Shown piece by piece: positions 42,454-54,451 of a stretch of DNA of 64,000 nucleotides (position 1 is the stretch's first letter; each line of letters opens with the position of its first letter). The notes under the pieces were generated by a model. That model ran no database searches. It was not told where the DNA came from and worked only from the letters and a program-made list of their open reading frames with translations. The stretch comes from Guillardia theta CCMP2712 (lineage: Eukaryota > Protista > Cryptophyta), in NCBI RefSeq assembly GCF_000315625.1, contig NW_005434649.1, forward strand, positions 668,810-732,809. The letters run 5' to 3'. The position numbers and the translations under genes are program-made.

Positions 42454-43766
42454 TACAGCGAGAGCCAAGGAGGAGGGGAGAGAGAGGAGCAGGTAGCAGG
42501 GGCATGTCCGGAGATCAGAAGGCAATCGAGGGAGCAAGACGAGGTGGGGGGGAGAGGGGGAGGACAACAAGGGCGAGGAGTGAAGGCTTACCGTAACCTA
42601 TCGTCGTGCTCGTCACAAACATCGCCCACACCGCGTTCTGATACCACAGATCGTTCTTCTTCTCAAACTCTGCAGGAACAAACTCAGCAAGGAGCAGGAG
42701 AAACTCGTGCTTTCTCCTTGCCTCTGAAGTTGATCTCCCAGGTCGATGCCTCTGGCCTGTTGCAGTCAAGATGCTGCCAGCCAGGCAGCTGGCAAGCAGT
42801 CGCCTCGAAGGAGCGGAACCAGAAGGCGAAGAGAAAGACGCTGATGAGCCACAAGATGGTGATGAAGAGGAGGGAGAACTTGCTGCGGATGACTTTCTTG
42901 ACGACGAAGGAGGAGCCCATGGGGATATTGGTGAAAGAGGAGATGGTGTGTCTCTTGGGGAGGCTCTGCAGCACCTGGTCCTTGAGCACGGGCCACAGCA
43001 GGTACAACCGGAAGGTGTTGATAACTGCAAGGATCGTCTCTCCTCGGTAGAGGATGAAGTTGTTCCAATTCCACACTCCGAGCTCGAACGTGGTCATGGG
43101 AGGGAGGTGAAGTCCGCACACCACCAGCTCTGCCCAGAAGGAGGAAGAAAGAGCTACCGAGCTGAGAGAGAAGTCGGTATCCAGTGCTTTCAGGTGGCGC
43201 AGGTGCAGGTTAACTCGCTGCAGCAGCCCGTTGAGCAAGTAGAAGTAGACGAGGAAACTCAGAGCCGCGCACGTCGCGATCGTGTTGGCAGCCTTCAGCA
43301 GGTTGCAAGCAGCAGCATGCGCGTCTACCCCGTACAGGATCAGCTCGTCGCAGGCCACGGCAAAACCGCATCCCATCAGCCCGCACAGTGCCGCTCCTCT
43401 TCGCACGTTTCGCATGGTCTTGTCCACTTGCGCCCTGTTGCGGCGCCAGTTGCTGGTGATGTGGAGGGGAGGGCGATGGGAAAGGAGGGTGACGCTCGTC
43501 TCAGAGGCGAGTCTTCCATCACGCACGCTGACGTTGCTTGCAGAGATAGAGCCCTGCTCTTGTATTTCCATCGGATGTAGCTTCGCAGGCTTCCTCCGGG
43601 CCGGCTCCTGCTCCTGCTCTTGCGAGTGCTGCTGCTGCTGCTGCTGCTGCTGCTGCAAGTGCTGCTGCTCTTGCTGCTGCTGTTCGTTCTCTTCCTCCTG
43701 TCGTTGTTGCGGTACAGGCCCCTCCTGCTCTGCCTCATCGTTGGAGATCCTATTGGAGTAGCCCAT
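39600..43766 (-). CDS. SK/KCNN-like K+ channel with two tandem channel repeats, each with pore and IQ-like helix
   Basis: Repeat 1: FWAELVVCGLHLPP, FRLYL, TSTTIGYG|D, HAARLVQIKWK. Repeat 2: LWVELLVCLPHAPP, LRMYL, TMTTVGYG|E, IAANM|IRAWW. 3' end is approximate. Confidence 0.85.
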
Positions 43767-45618
43767 ACCACAACCCGCCTGGGAGGGTCAGCCCCGTTGC
43801 TGTGAACACGTCTGTCACTCTACGGTAGTTGGACGGCACCGACTACAAGGAAGAGTTGCAACCCAATGGATCCTTGACAGTCACATCTTGCTCCGACAAT
43901 CAGCAAGTAATCCGTGCTGTAACAATCTGACATGAAGAGTTAGACCTAACGATCAGTATACTCGTATCTCCAGGATCGCTCACTCATATCCTGGGACAGC
44001 TGCTGTTTCATCTCATGCACACATGCCCTCCAATGAATCGTTTTTGCAAGGTGAGTATAGAGGCGAGGACAACGAGAAGAATGAACGAGGAGAAGGAGAT
44101 GGCGGAAGAGGTCGGAGATGAAGCCTCTGCGACCAAGTGGAGAAAATGAAGAGTAGTGGGGGTTGAGCAGAAAGTGGGACAAAGCGAACAAATGTGTTGG
44201 AGAGGAGAACGAACTTTGAGATGTCCTCCGAGGGAGAAGAGGAGACGACACAGGAAGAAGGAGCCTCAGTCAGAACCTGTAATGACAGTGGATGATGGCA
44301 ACTTGGAATTGGTGTACATGAAAGAAAGGAATTGGTTTCAGAAGGAATTTGAAGGTGAAGGACGAGATGGAGGAGATACAGAGAGGAGAAGAGAGAGGAG
44401 AATGAGGAGAGAGAGAGGAGAGGAGGACTTCGGTGCGACTGCTGTGCCAGTCACCGGACGCCATTCCCCATTTTCCATTAGTAAAGATGGAGACACCAAC
44501 CAGGGTCGTTCCGAGAGTCAAAAATCAGTTACCCAGACAAGGGTGGGTACTCATAGGTCGTTAGGAGGGGTCCAGCTTGATATGTCAAACGTGGAGGGGG
44601 GTGGGGTTGACATATTTTTTTGAACCGGGCCGGCATCGGAGTTTCATCAGTGTACTCAGTTAAGTTTGGGGGACAGCAGTCGGCAGGATTAGGTTTGGTT
44701 CTCGCTGTCTTTTCTCTTCTCGCCGTTTGGCCTATGCGACAGTGTCAGGGTCAAGCCTCCTCGACTCTCCTGATTGTCCTCGTACTGATCTTTAACTTCA
44801 CTTTGAGTAAAGAGCAGAGGCCGGGCCGGGGCCCGGCCGGGCGGGCCGCGCTCAGCGGCCGCCGGGCCCGGGGCCCGGCCTGAACTTTTGCACTGGCCGT
44901 CCAATATCACGGGGCAACGAGCCGCTGAGGATCGGACGTCGGTGATGGTGGGCAAGGGAACTCCGAGTGGACTCGAATCTGCCGCAGTGCCGCCGCCACT
45001 GTGCTCAGTGGCAAGGCGAACTGGCGGCCGCTCAGCTTACGGTACTCCGTACACCGTCACGGCAGTGAAGAGAAGAACAATGTACAGGACGGTGCTGTTC
45101 TGACCCTCACGAAAGTTTGCAAGCATGATAAGTCCTGCTGTCTTCTCGGCTCCAAGTACTCAGCCGATCCCAAACAACATGTGAAGGTGTAATTTACACT
45201 CCCTTCATTCACAAGTTAACGATCGTAACTTGAGAACTCAAAGACGCCTTGAAGAGGCTCACTGAGACTTCCTGCACTCACTTCTTCCTGATGTTCATGT
45301 GCGGGATCCTGAGGTCCCTAAGGTCGAGCTTGTCAACCCGAGCTCTCTGAGCGCCTGCAATTACAAGTCAGTTCTGAAAGCACAAGCACATCAGAGTCGA
45401 AAATACCATGGTGAGGCTCCGAACCAGAAAGAATGGCTGCTAGGGCAGCACGACGAGAACCGCCTTTCTGCTCGGTCCTGTCATTTAAAGGTGCAAAGCA
45501 GGCTTTCTGCAGAAGTTCATTAGTCCATCATGTCCACGACAAACGAATGGTGTGCAAGCTGATATTTGCTACTCTCAAACAAAAGCCAGGCTGTGCACGT
45601 TCGCCAGACACATAGACC

Positions 45619-45712
45619 ATCAATGATACAACAAATAGGCACATCAATGATACAACACAAGGATGCATCGATGATACAACACAAAGATGCATCAATGATA
45701 TAACACGCCTCA
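45619..45712. repeat. 24-bp minisatellite (catcaatgatacaacacaaagatg), about 4 units
   Basis: Directly visible. Confidence 0.8.
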
Positions 45713-47871
45713 GATATACTGAAACGTCCGCCAACACACACGAGCAAAGACGCAACAGAAGGGATTCATGGCGAGGGCCGGTGGACTAGACGGAGTACCT
45801 TGTGGGGATGGTCGTTGAGGGTTTCTCCTCTTCCTCTGAACTCAACAGCTGCCGCCACCATCATCAGCAGCATGAGCAGTAGCGCTATCGCAATCTTCAA
45901 CCCTCCCACCATCCTAGAACCCCGAAACCGACCAAACTGATCCACCCCACCCCCTTTGAGCTTCAATTTCCTCCACCCCCCAGACTTAGTCCGCTTTCCC
46001 TACACCGGTACTAGGAAAAATGAGTACCCCACCATCAGAAAGAACATCCAGCTTGACAACCCTCTGCAACCAAAACGTGCACAGGGATCGTACCCACCCT
46101 CAAGAAAATAACCCTATTATCTACCTTTAATTACCCGGTACTTTACGAGTATATTTGCCGTGCAGCTGGCCCTTACCCACCCTTTTCGACACGTACCCCC
46201 CATTTTAAGCTCACCCTGCACATCACCACCCCTCAACATCGGACCACAACCTGCAGTTGCAGATCGATGTTCTAGAGGATACCACGGGTACAAACCCATA
46301 CATAGCACCGGTGTTGCAAACATACAGCCCGCCTCATCCATGTACGATAGAACATCAAGAGGGCAGTGAAATTCACATAGAAATTCCATGGTCGTTTATT
46401 GTTCGGATTACATAGTGAAAGCCGGGCCCGGGCCCGACGGGCTCCGAAGTTCCGCTCGGCCCCGGGTGACCCGCCGAGGAGTTCGGGGGGACGGGGGGAG
46501 GGAATGCACGCAGACTTTTAAAAACGGCCGATTATATGATAGAAGTAGTTTTATATAGTAGCAGAGACTGTTTATATAATGTTGTAAGTGAGACCGCTGA
46601 CCGCGGTGCCGAGAGTGTTCTATTCTCAGAAAAGAATTCCCTGTAAAGGAATTGTAAAGAAAGATAAAACATATTTATTTCATATATCGAACTTTTTAAA
46701 CACTTGGTTGTAAAGTGAGGAATCGTTACAGGGTAGGGTCTTTAGATATCCCCCATTTTTGTAAACATTTTTGCGTTATATAGGGGGTGGTGGTACCTAG
46801 ACAGGAGTTGTAGTAAAAGGAGCGTGATCTTGAGGTTGCCATGGTTCTGCGCAGATACCACCGTACCCCCTCATTCCCCCGGATCCCATCAGGAAAAACC
46901 ACCACCAGGGTACTCAAGATCATGCTGACAGCTGACACCCAAAGATTTAAAACAGCAACGGTTCTCAACAATACTTATTCAAAGCACTCCTTTCCATTTT
47001 CAATATAGTTTTAGCATTTCCGTTGAAGTCCCGTTACCAGCGCTCCATAGCTCCTAGCGGCAAGACATGGCGGCCAAACAGCTTTTCGGGAGAGGAATCG
47101 GGAAGGAGTCAGGGAGAGGGAGGAAGAGAGGGGAGGAGCGAGGAAACGCGAGAGGATTGAGCAGAACATGAACATGAAACAATGTGCGGCAGGAGTAGGA
47201 ACTAGAAAGAGCAGACGCTGTGGGTCATGCTAGTTTGACTGCATGTCCCAGGGTATTGAAAGACTACACGGTAGCAGTTTCGCTTGGAGCAAAGGAGCTC
47301 GAGTCGATCCTATTTGGTGGAGGAGCAGATCCTCAATGTAATCAGATAAAAAGGCTTGAATGTCACTGGATGTCTTGAGTCCAGGTTGAATTGACAAGCA
47401 GCTATGATGGCTGGCAGAGAGGAATAGACGCCTTTGGAGTGCTTGGGTCGTTTGAATGGTTGCCGTGAATGAAAAGCGGAGGTGATGAATCAATGGCAAG
47501 ATACTTGATTCGATTATGAAGGGAGATTGTACGCTGAGATATGAATCCGTCGGATTGGGTTAGTGAGGAGGATTAGGTTTTACATTCAGTGAAATGTGAG
47601 GAATTGTGGAGGCCCCTGCAAGGTTGAGATTCTCCTGCCGTTCCTCCCTCTCGCCTCGAGAGATGGATTGATCAGAATGGTTCTCGAGAAGTTTTGACAC
47701 GGTTCTGCAGATGCAGGTGCTTACGTTGAACATGGTCTTGTGGTGACGGAAAGGCCTGGAGGACCTTGACAAGTGAGAAGCCTTGACAATCTTGACTTGA
47801 GTTGTAAGTATCTGGTCGTGTTCTGATCATCGCATGCAGATTTTTGTTCAAGTCCAAGTCTATCTGTAGCC

Positions 47872-50800
47872 ATGGTCGAGAAGAAAGACCTTCGGAATGG
47901 TCAGAATCATCGCAGCATTTCCTTGTTTCCCACCTGTGATCAAACAAGCAGGTATTCTCGAGAGAGAATACAAAGGTTTCGAGGATTTCGAGGTTTGTTG
48001 AGACTGTGACTTTATTTCCCCTCATCGAATGTCTTGTTTCAGGTTCTCAACGAGTTGGAACAACCCTTCTTTGTCATGGACTTCAATCCAGCACATTCCA
48101 GGTTCGTGCTTCTGGGAGCTTTCCTGCTATGCTGAAACCCGTTGAAAAGGCATCTTTGGGCTTGCAAGAGGACCTGCTACTACTGGAACTGCACGTTCGA
48201 AGAGGTTTCCTCCCATCCCCATGTGTGCTTGAGCTGACGCCCGTGGAACACAAGTTCGTCTCCAAGGACCTCCAGACTGGAACTTCTCCTGCAGCGCGGA
48301 AGTACATGGACTCGGTGTACGAGAAGGTGCAAGTCCGGAACGAGACGGATCATCAGCTGAAAACGCTGCATCCTTCGGGCGGGGAGCCTCTCACCTACAA
48401 CATGGAGATCAGGCCAATCAAGGTGAAGCTGCCGACGGAGGAAGAGGCGAAGACGTACGCCCTGGTCATCGCGTCAGCCACAGACCTTGAACATTCGAGG
48501 CGGGACGAGAGCGAGAGGAGCAAGACGTTTGACAACGCTCGCCGGTCATACGAGCTGCTGCGTCACATTGACGACATCTCCATCCTCTTCTCGCTCGAGG
48601 GCAAGACCGTGTTCATGAGCGTGGCTGCCGAAGAGTTCTACGTGGGTTCGGGGAGGGTTCGCAGCAAGGAGGAGATGAACCTGAAAGCAGTGTTCGAGAG
48701 CATCATGTGGAATACTCCGCAGCAGGAGGTCGACGTTTGGAAGAGAGTCTCGGATCTCCGGCCGGGTGACGAAGTGCTGGAGTGGGAAGTGCGCAAGAGG
48801 AAGTTCTGCCCCGATCCAACTGTGCCATGCAAGGAGTTGTGGTACATCATGCGCTTCCGCGCCGTCTGCGATCCTGTCTCGGGCCTCAACTGCATCCTGG
48901 TGGTCGAGCAGAACATATCGAACCTGAAGCGATCGCAGGACCTTCAGAAGGCGCAGGAAGAGTTCTTCGCTGCTGTCTCGCACGAGTTGAGGACGCCTCT
49001 CAACGGCATCATCGGGCTCTCCGACTCGCTGCTCCGCATGTGCGAAACGAGCAATCTCAACGCTCAGTCGTTCGCCAAGACTTTGAAAGTGATCATGTCC
49101 AGTGGTAACCGCCTGGCAAGTCTAGTCAACGACATCCTGGACGCTGCGTCGCTGAGGAAGCAGACCCTCGTCATGCGCCAAGAGGTGAAGCAGCCGATCT
49201 TGTGCTCGCCTGCCCTTGTTCCTCTTGCTCGTCGATCCCCTCCTGACCCTTGAGTTTGCAGGTCGTCGTTCTCCGAGACGTCACTGAGCATGTGCTCGAC
49301 ATCCTGGCCCCGCTGGTGAAGAAGGGAGTCTTGTTGGTGAACGAAATCGAACCGTCTTTCCCCACTATCGTCGCAGACTCCGGCAGAGTCTCTCAGGTCC
49401 TCACGAACCTCGTGAGCAACGCAATCAAGTTCACAGAGAAGGGGAGCATAAAGGTCAGAGGACGTCAGACCGGTCCCAACGAGGTCACCGTGGAGGTGCA
49501 TGACACCGGTATCGGCATCCCTGAAGACAAGCTGGAGACGATTTGGGGAGCGTTCAAGCAGGTGAGGGGAGGAGGAGGAGGAGGAGGAGGGTTGGGCTGA
49601 GAGGTGCGCGTGCCAGGTCGACATGTCTACCACGAGGAAGTTCGGAGGGACGGGCCTCGGGCTGGCGCTTGTGCGGGAGTTGGTGGGAGAAGATGAGTTG
49701 GCGTGCTGTCTGTTTGACGTGGGAGAAGGTGGAGAAGCACGGAGGGAGTGTGGGAGTGAAGTCAGTGTTCGGCGGGGAGTCGTCGGGCTCCATCTTCAAG
49801 TGAGATTATCCTCTCTTCCTCTCCTTGTCTGACTCCCTCATTAGATTCACTCTCCCCATCAAGAGCGAAGTGAATGTGAATGGTTCTGGTAACCCTCCTC
49901 CTCCTCCTCCTCCTCCTCCCTCTCCTCCTCCTTCTCCTCCTCCTCCTCCTCCCCCTCCTCCTCCTCCTTTTCCTCCTCCTATGTGATGACCGCATGCACG
50001 CAGAGCGAGAGGGGAAGAGCAAGTTGCATATGTCAGAGGTGTGTGCCCGCAGTGTGAAGAGGGCAAGACTGATGGGAGGGAGCAGGAGGACTCGGCAGAA
50101 GCAGCATCAGAAGCGATCACTGCCTCCCTACCGGAGGAGGTGAACTCAGATGACGATCTGCAGGAGCTGGACGATCGAGATTCGGTGAGAGAAGAGAGCA
50201 GGCGGTGGAGGGAGGAGGAGAGGACAAGTGAAAAAGGAGGAGACGGGAGGAAGTGCTCGACGCGTATTGATGAGTTTCCAGTTGTCCGGGAACGGCAAGG
50301 CGCTCTCTCTCCGCAGTCGGCTGTCCATTAGCGAGTCTGTGACCGTCATGTCCATCGACGACAACCTGGTCAATCACCTCGTGCTCGAGAATGTGCTGGC
50401 AACCCGCGGGATCAAGGTTTCCTTCGCTCCCTCCCTCCCTCCCTCCTTCCTCTCTTCGCTCGCTCCCTCCTTCCTCTCTTCCCTCTCTCCCTCCTCTCCT
50501 CTCCTCCCTTCTACCTCCCTCCCTTACTCCTTGCCACCTCATCTCCCTTCTCCACTCTTCGCAAGAGCTGACGGAGCATCGCAGATGATTCAGTGCATGA
50601 GCGGCGCTGAGGCTTTGGAGCGGCTGAACGAGACAGAGATCATCCCGGACATCGTCCTTCTGGACATGATGATGCCGGAGCAGGGAGGCATCGACGTCTG
50701 CAAGCAGCTCAGGACCAAGTATCCCTGCCACTTCCTCCCCATCATCATGGTGGGACTAGCGCAGCCTCCCTTGCCCTCCCCTCCTCTGATCCCGTTGGCT

Positions 50801-51660
50801 GCAGGTGAGCGCCAGGTACAACGACCATGACGTCGTGCTGGGCCTGGAGGCAGGATGCAACGACTACATCACGAAGCCCGTGCGCAGTGCTGAGCTCAAC
50901 GCTCGGATCAACGTGCAGGTAGAGGGAAGGAGGGCCGAAGCCTCCGCTCTGACCCTCGCGCTGCAGTTGCGGCTGAGAGATAGCTGGAGGAAGGAGATCG
51001 AGCAGCTTGAGAAGAAGGAGCGGCTGACCCAAGAGCAGCTTCAAGACGCACAGAACTCGATGGTGGTGAAGGGGCAGGAAGTCGTCTGCTCGCGATGTGG
51101 AGGAGCGGTGCCTGGCGATGGGGTGAGGAGGAGAGGAGAGGTTGCCTGGTGATGACTGACCGGATGGAGAAGGGGGAGGGAGGCAGCGGAGGAGAGCAGA
51201 AGGGGAACTCTCAGCAAGCTGCGCATCCTCCGTCCGCATCGAAACCCGCGAGAGGTGACGAGGAATGTGAAGTTGCGGGAAGTGACGGCAGGACGCAGGC
51301 ATGGAGATAGCGCGCAAGCAGAGATCGTTCCTGTACGTCTGTCTGACCTCGTTGTTTTCGTTAACGTTGCAGCAGTGGCAGCAGTGAGTTCAACAAGTCC
51401 GTAGGATCCGAAGTTTCTCTCCATGAAGTCTTCCAGGTAAGCGACGAGCGAGGAGGATGAGGGAGAGAGAAGGGGAATGCAGGAGGAGGAGAAAGCTGTT
51501 GGGTGGAGAAAGAGTTGATGCTTGTTTGACTTGTTCCTTGCAGTGCCATTACGACATCTATGGCAAGTACGAAGTTCTCTCAGTGGACGACGATCCTGTC
51601 AATCAGATGGTTGTCGAGAACCTTCTGAAACCCATGGGCTTTGAGGTAAATCTTTTTCTT

Positions 51661-51719
<59 letters not shown>

Positions 51720-54451
51720 GCATCATCAGCATCATCATCAGCATCATCATCATCATCATCATCATCATCATATCTCATGTTTTTCTCCATCCTTCTCGCA
51801 AGGCACCTAACTTTCGTCTCAGGTGACCTGCTGCATGGATGGCATGGAGGCGCTAGCAGAGCTCCAGCAGCGCTCCTACTTGCCTGACCTGGTGCAAAAC
51901 TCTGACGGTTGTCACTTGCTCTGATGCTGCTGGGCAGGTTCTGTTGGACGTGATGATGCCAATCATGAGCGGGTACGAAGTTTGCGAGCAGCTGCGGCAT
52001 CTGTTCCCCCGGACCCTCCTGCCTGTGATCCTCGTGTCGGCCAAGAACGACGAGGCGAGCATCTGCAAGGGGTTCGACTCGGGAGGAACGGACTACGTCA
52101 CGAAGCCGTTCAACCGGCAAGAGCTCATGGCGCGCATCACGACTCAGGTGACGATGAAGGAGACGATGAAGGAGGAGGAGGAGGTCATGGAGGAGGAGGA
52201 GGTCATGGAGGAGGAGGAGGAGGTCATGGAGGAGGAGGAGGAGGAGGAGACATGAGGTTGAATAACTCTGCTCTCTCAGCTCAAAGTGAAACATGCCTGG
52301 CACACGGAGATGGAGCACGCCAAGTCGAACGAGCTGCTGCACAAGATGCTGCCGCATCACGTGATTCAGAAGCTCAAGGTGGGAACTTGCAACCTCCCTA
52401 TCACGGAGAGGCATCAGCAAGTCTCGATCCTCTTCTCCGACATCGTGGGCTACACCTCCATGGCGGCGTCGATCGAGACGGAGAAACTGATTGAGATGCT
52501 GAGCAAGATGTTCAACTCCTTCGACGAGCTCTGCGACAAGCACGGCTGCTACAAGGTGGAGACGATCGGAGACGCGTACATGGTGGTGGCAGGGCACGAG
52601 AGCGGCGAGGAGAGCTCGACGGACGATCACGCGCAGCGAGTGCTGAACATGGGGCTGGACATGATCGAGGCGGCGAAGGAGATCATGCATCCCAGCCTAG
52701 AGGGCGAGAGCATCAAGATCCGCGTCGGGGTTCACAGCGGCCCAGCGTTTGCCGGGGTGGTGGGGTCGAAGATGCCTCGCTACTGCTTCTTCGGCGACAC
52801 GGTCAACACGTCGAGCCGCATGGAGAGCAACGGGTTCCCCATGTGCGTCCATGTGAGCAAGGCGACGTACGACGTGGGCAAGGACTTCTTCGACTTCGTC
52901 TCCTGCGGGGGCCGCGAGATCAAAGGGAAGGGCATCATGGAGACCTTCCTCCTCAAGAGCGACAAGTGCGAGTGGCAGGAGGCCCTCAGGAAGCTCGATC
53001 GCTCCAGGACGCAGCGGGCCAGCGCCGGTGCCCTTGCGGGCCAAGGGAGCTTCCGGTCGCTCGCCTCGAGCAGCTTCTGCTCGGAGAGCACGACCATGTC
53101 GGAGGAGGGAGGCAGGGCCAGCGAGTCTCTTCGCCCTCCCGTCGACGAGTTCTCGCGCAACTCCTCGTGGGCCGAGAGCTTCTCGGAGCCCCGGGCCCCG
53201 GAGGTGGAGTACTCAGGGGCCGATACCATCAAGTACCGTGAGAGGAAACTTCCGCCCGTTGCTCTGCCAGCCGCCGCCGCCGCCGCCGCCGCTTCCTCGA
53301 CCACCACCACCACCACGACTACTGCTGCCTCTCTCTATCCTGCTAGCCCTTCCCCCTACCCTGCTAGCCCTTCCCCCTACCCTGCTGCCCCCTCTCCTTA
53401 CCCGCAACTCAGCCAGGCCAGCGTGAGGAAGGTCTCGTTTCTGGAGACCATCCCTCCCCTGGACGCGGAGGAGGACGAAGACTTCGAGCTGGTGGATGAG
53501 TTCCGAGACAACCTCAACGAGATCAAGGAGATGATCCGAAGCCTCCAGGCTGCGCGCATGGAGGAGGAGGTGAAGCGCAAGGAGGAGGTTAAGAGCAAGG
53601 AGGAGGAGGTGAAGCGCAAGGAGGAGGTGACGCGCAAGGAGGAAGAGCCCAAGGAGCCCAAGGAGGAGCCTCTGATGAAGGAGCTGCAGCGGTTGAGCGA
53701 CAAGTTCCTCGCGGTTCTGGACACGAAGCAGCAGGAGCACGACTACCAGCTGGAGGAGCTGAGACAATGGTGGGAGAGGCAAGGGGAGAAGCAGACAAGC
53801 ATGTACAAGGAGGCGCAGGCGAGGGAGCAGGAGGCGCGTCGGAGGGAGGAGGAAGCTCGAGGGAAGCTGACGGCGCTGGAGACGAGCATCATGAGCCTGC
53901 AGGACCAGAACGAGACGCTGCACAGGATCATGGAGGAGCTCGAGCTGCTCCGCGCAGAGGGGCGAGTCACCCGCCCTCCCAGCAACGACGAGGAGGCAGA
54001 GGTCGCGAAGCTCGGGGAGGAGCTGGAGAGGCTGAAGAAGCACTGCGAGGACCTGAGCAGGAACGAGAGCTGGGCGGTGAAGAGGGAGGAGGAGGCGATG
54101 AGGGCCTTGTGCTCCCTGCAGCGACAATTCACTGACTTCCTGCTGTCACTTGACACTGACGTCCTCGAGTCGAGCATGCGCAGGTCAGCTGCGAAGTCGA
54201 GACAGTCGACTCCTGGTTCCAACCTGCCCTCTGCCACAGTGTTGCGGGAGAGCGCACTCGTCAGCCCGTATACGAACCTGGGAGGAGGAGGAGGAGGAGG
54301 AGGAGGAGACGGGCTTCAAGGCTTCTCGATCGACTTGTTTCCTCATGCCGCCTCTTCACCTCAACTTGCAGGGAGTGGAGCAGGAGGAAGTGAGACAGAG
54401 GACGTGGACGAGGATATGTTGAGGTTGGAGGAGCTGCTGGAAGAGCTATGA
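47872..54451 (+). CDS. PAS-like sensor / histidine kinase / receiver / receiver / guanylyl cyclase / coiled coil
   Basis: H-box SHELRTPLNG; N, G1, F and G2 boxes (NLVSNAIKFT, DTGIGI, FKQ, GGTGLGL); two REC domains (LLDMMMP..TKP, LLDVMMP..TKP); class III cyclase FSDIVG, KVETIGD, RYCFFGDTVN..SRME. Confidence 0.9.
51664..51770. repeat. (CAT)n intronic microsatellite; similar tracts at 16088-16190, 18230-18296 and 39956-40048
   Basis: Directly visible. Confidence 0.9.

Noticed and set aside
45619-45712. Possible CRISPR-like repeat
   Set aside because: Contiguous 24-bp units with no unique spacers and no cas genes, in a eukaryotic context.
47000-48250. Rhodopsin domain upstream of the histidine kinase
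   Set aside because: No seven-TM pattern or retinal-binding Lys motif was found; the exons read as a soluble PAS-like region.
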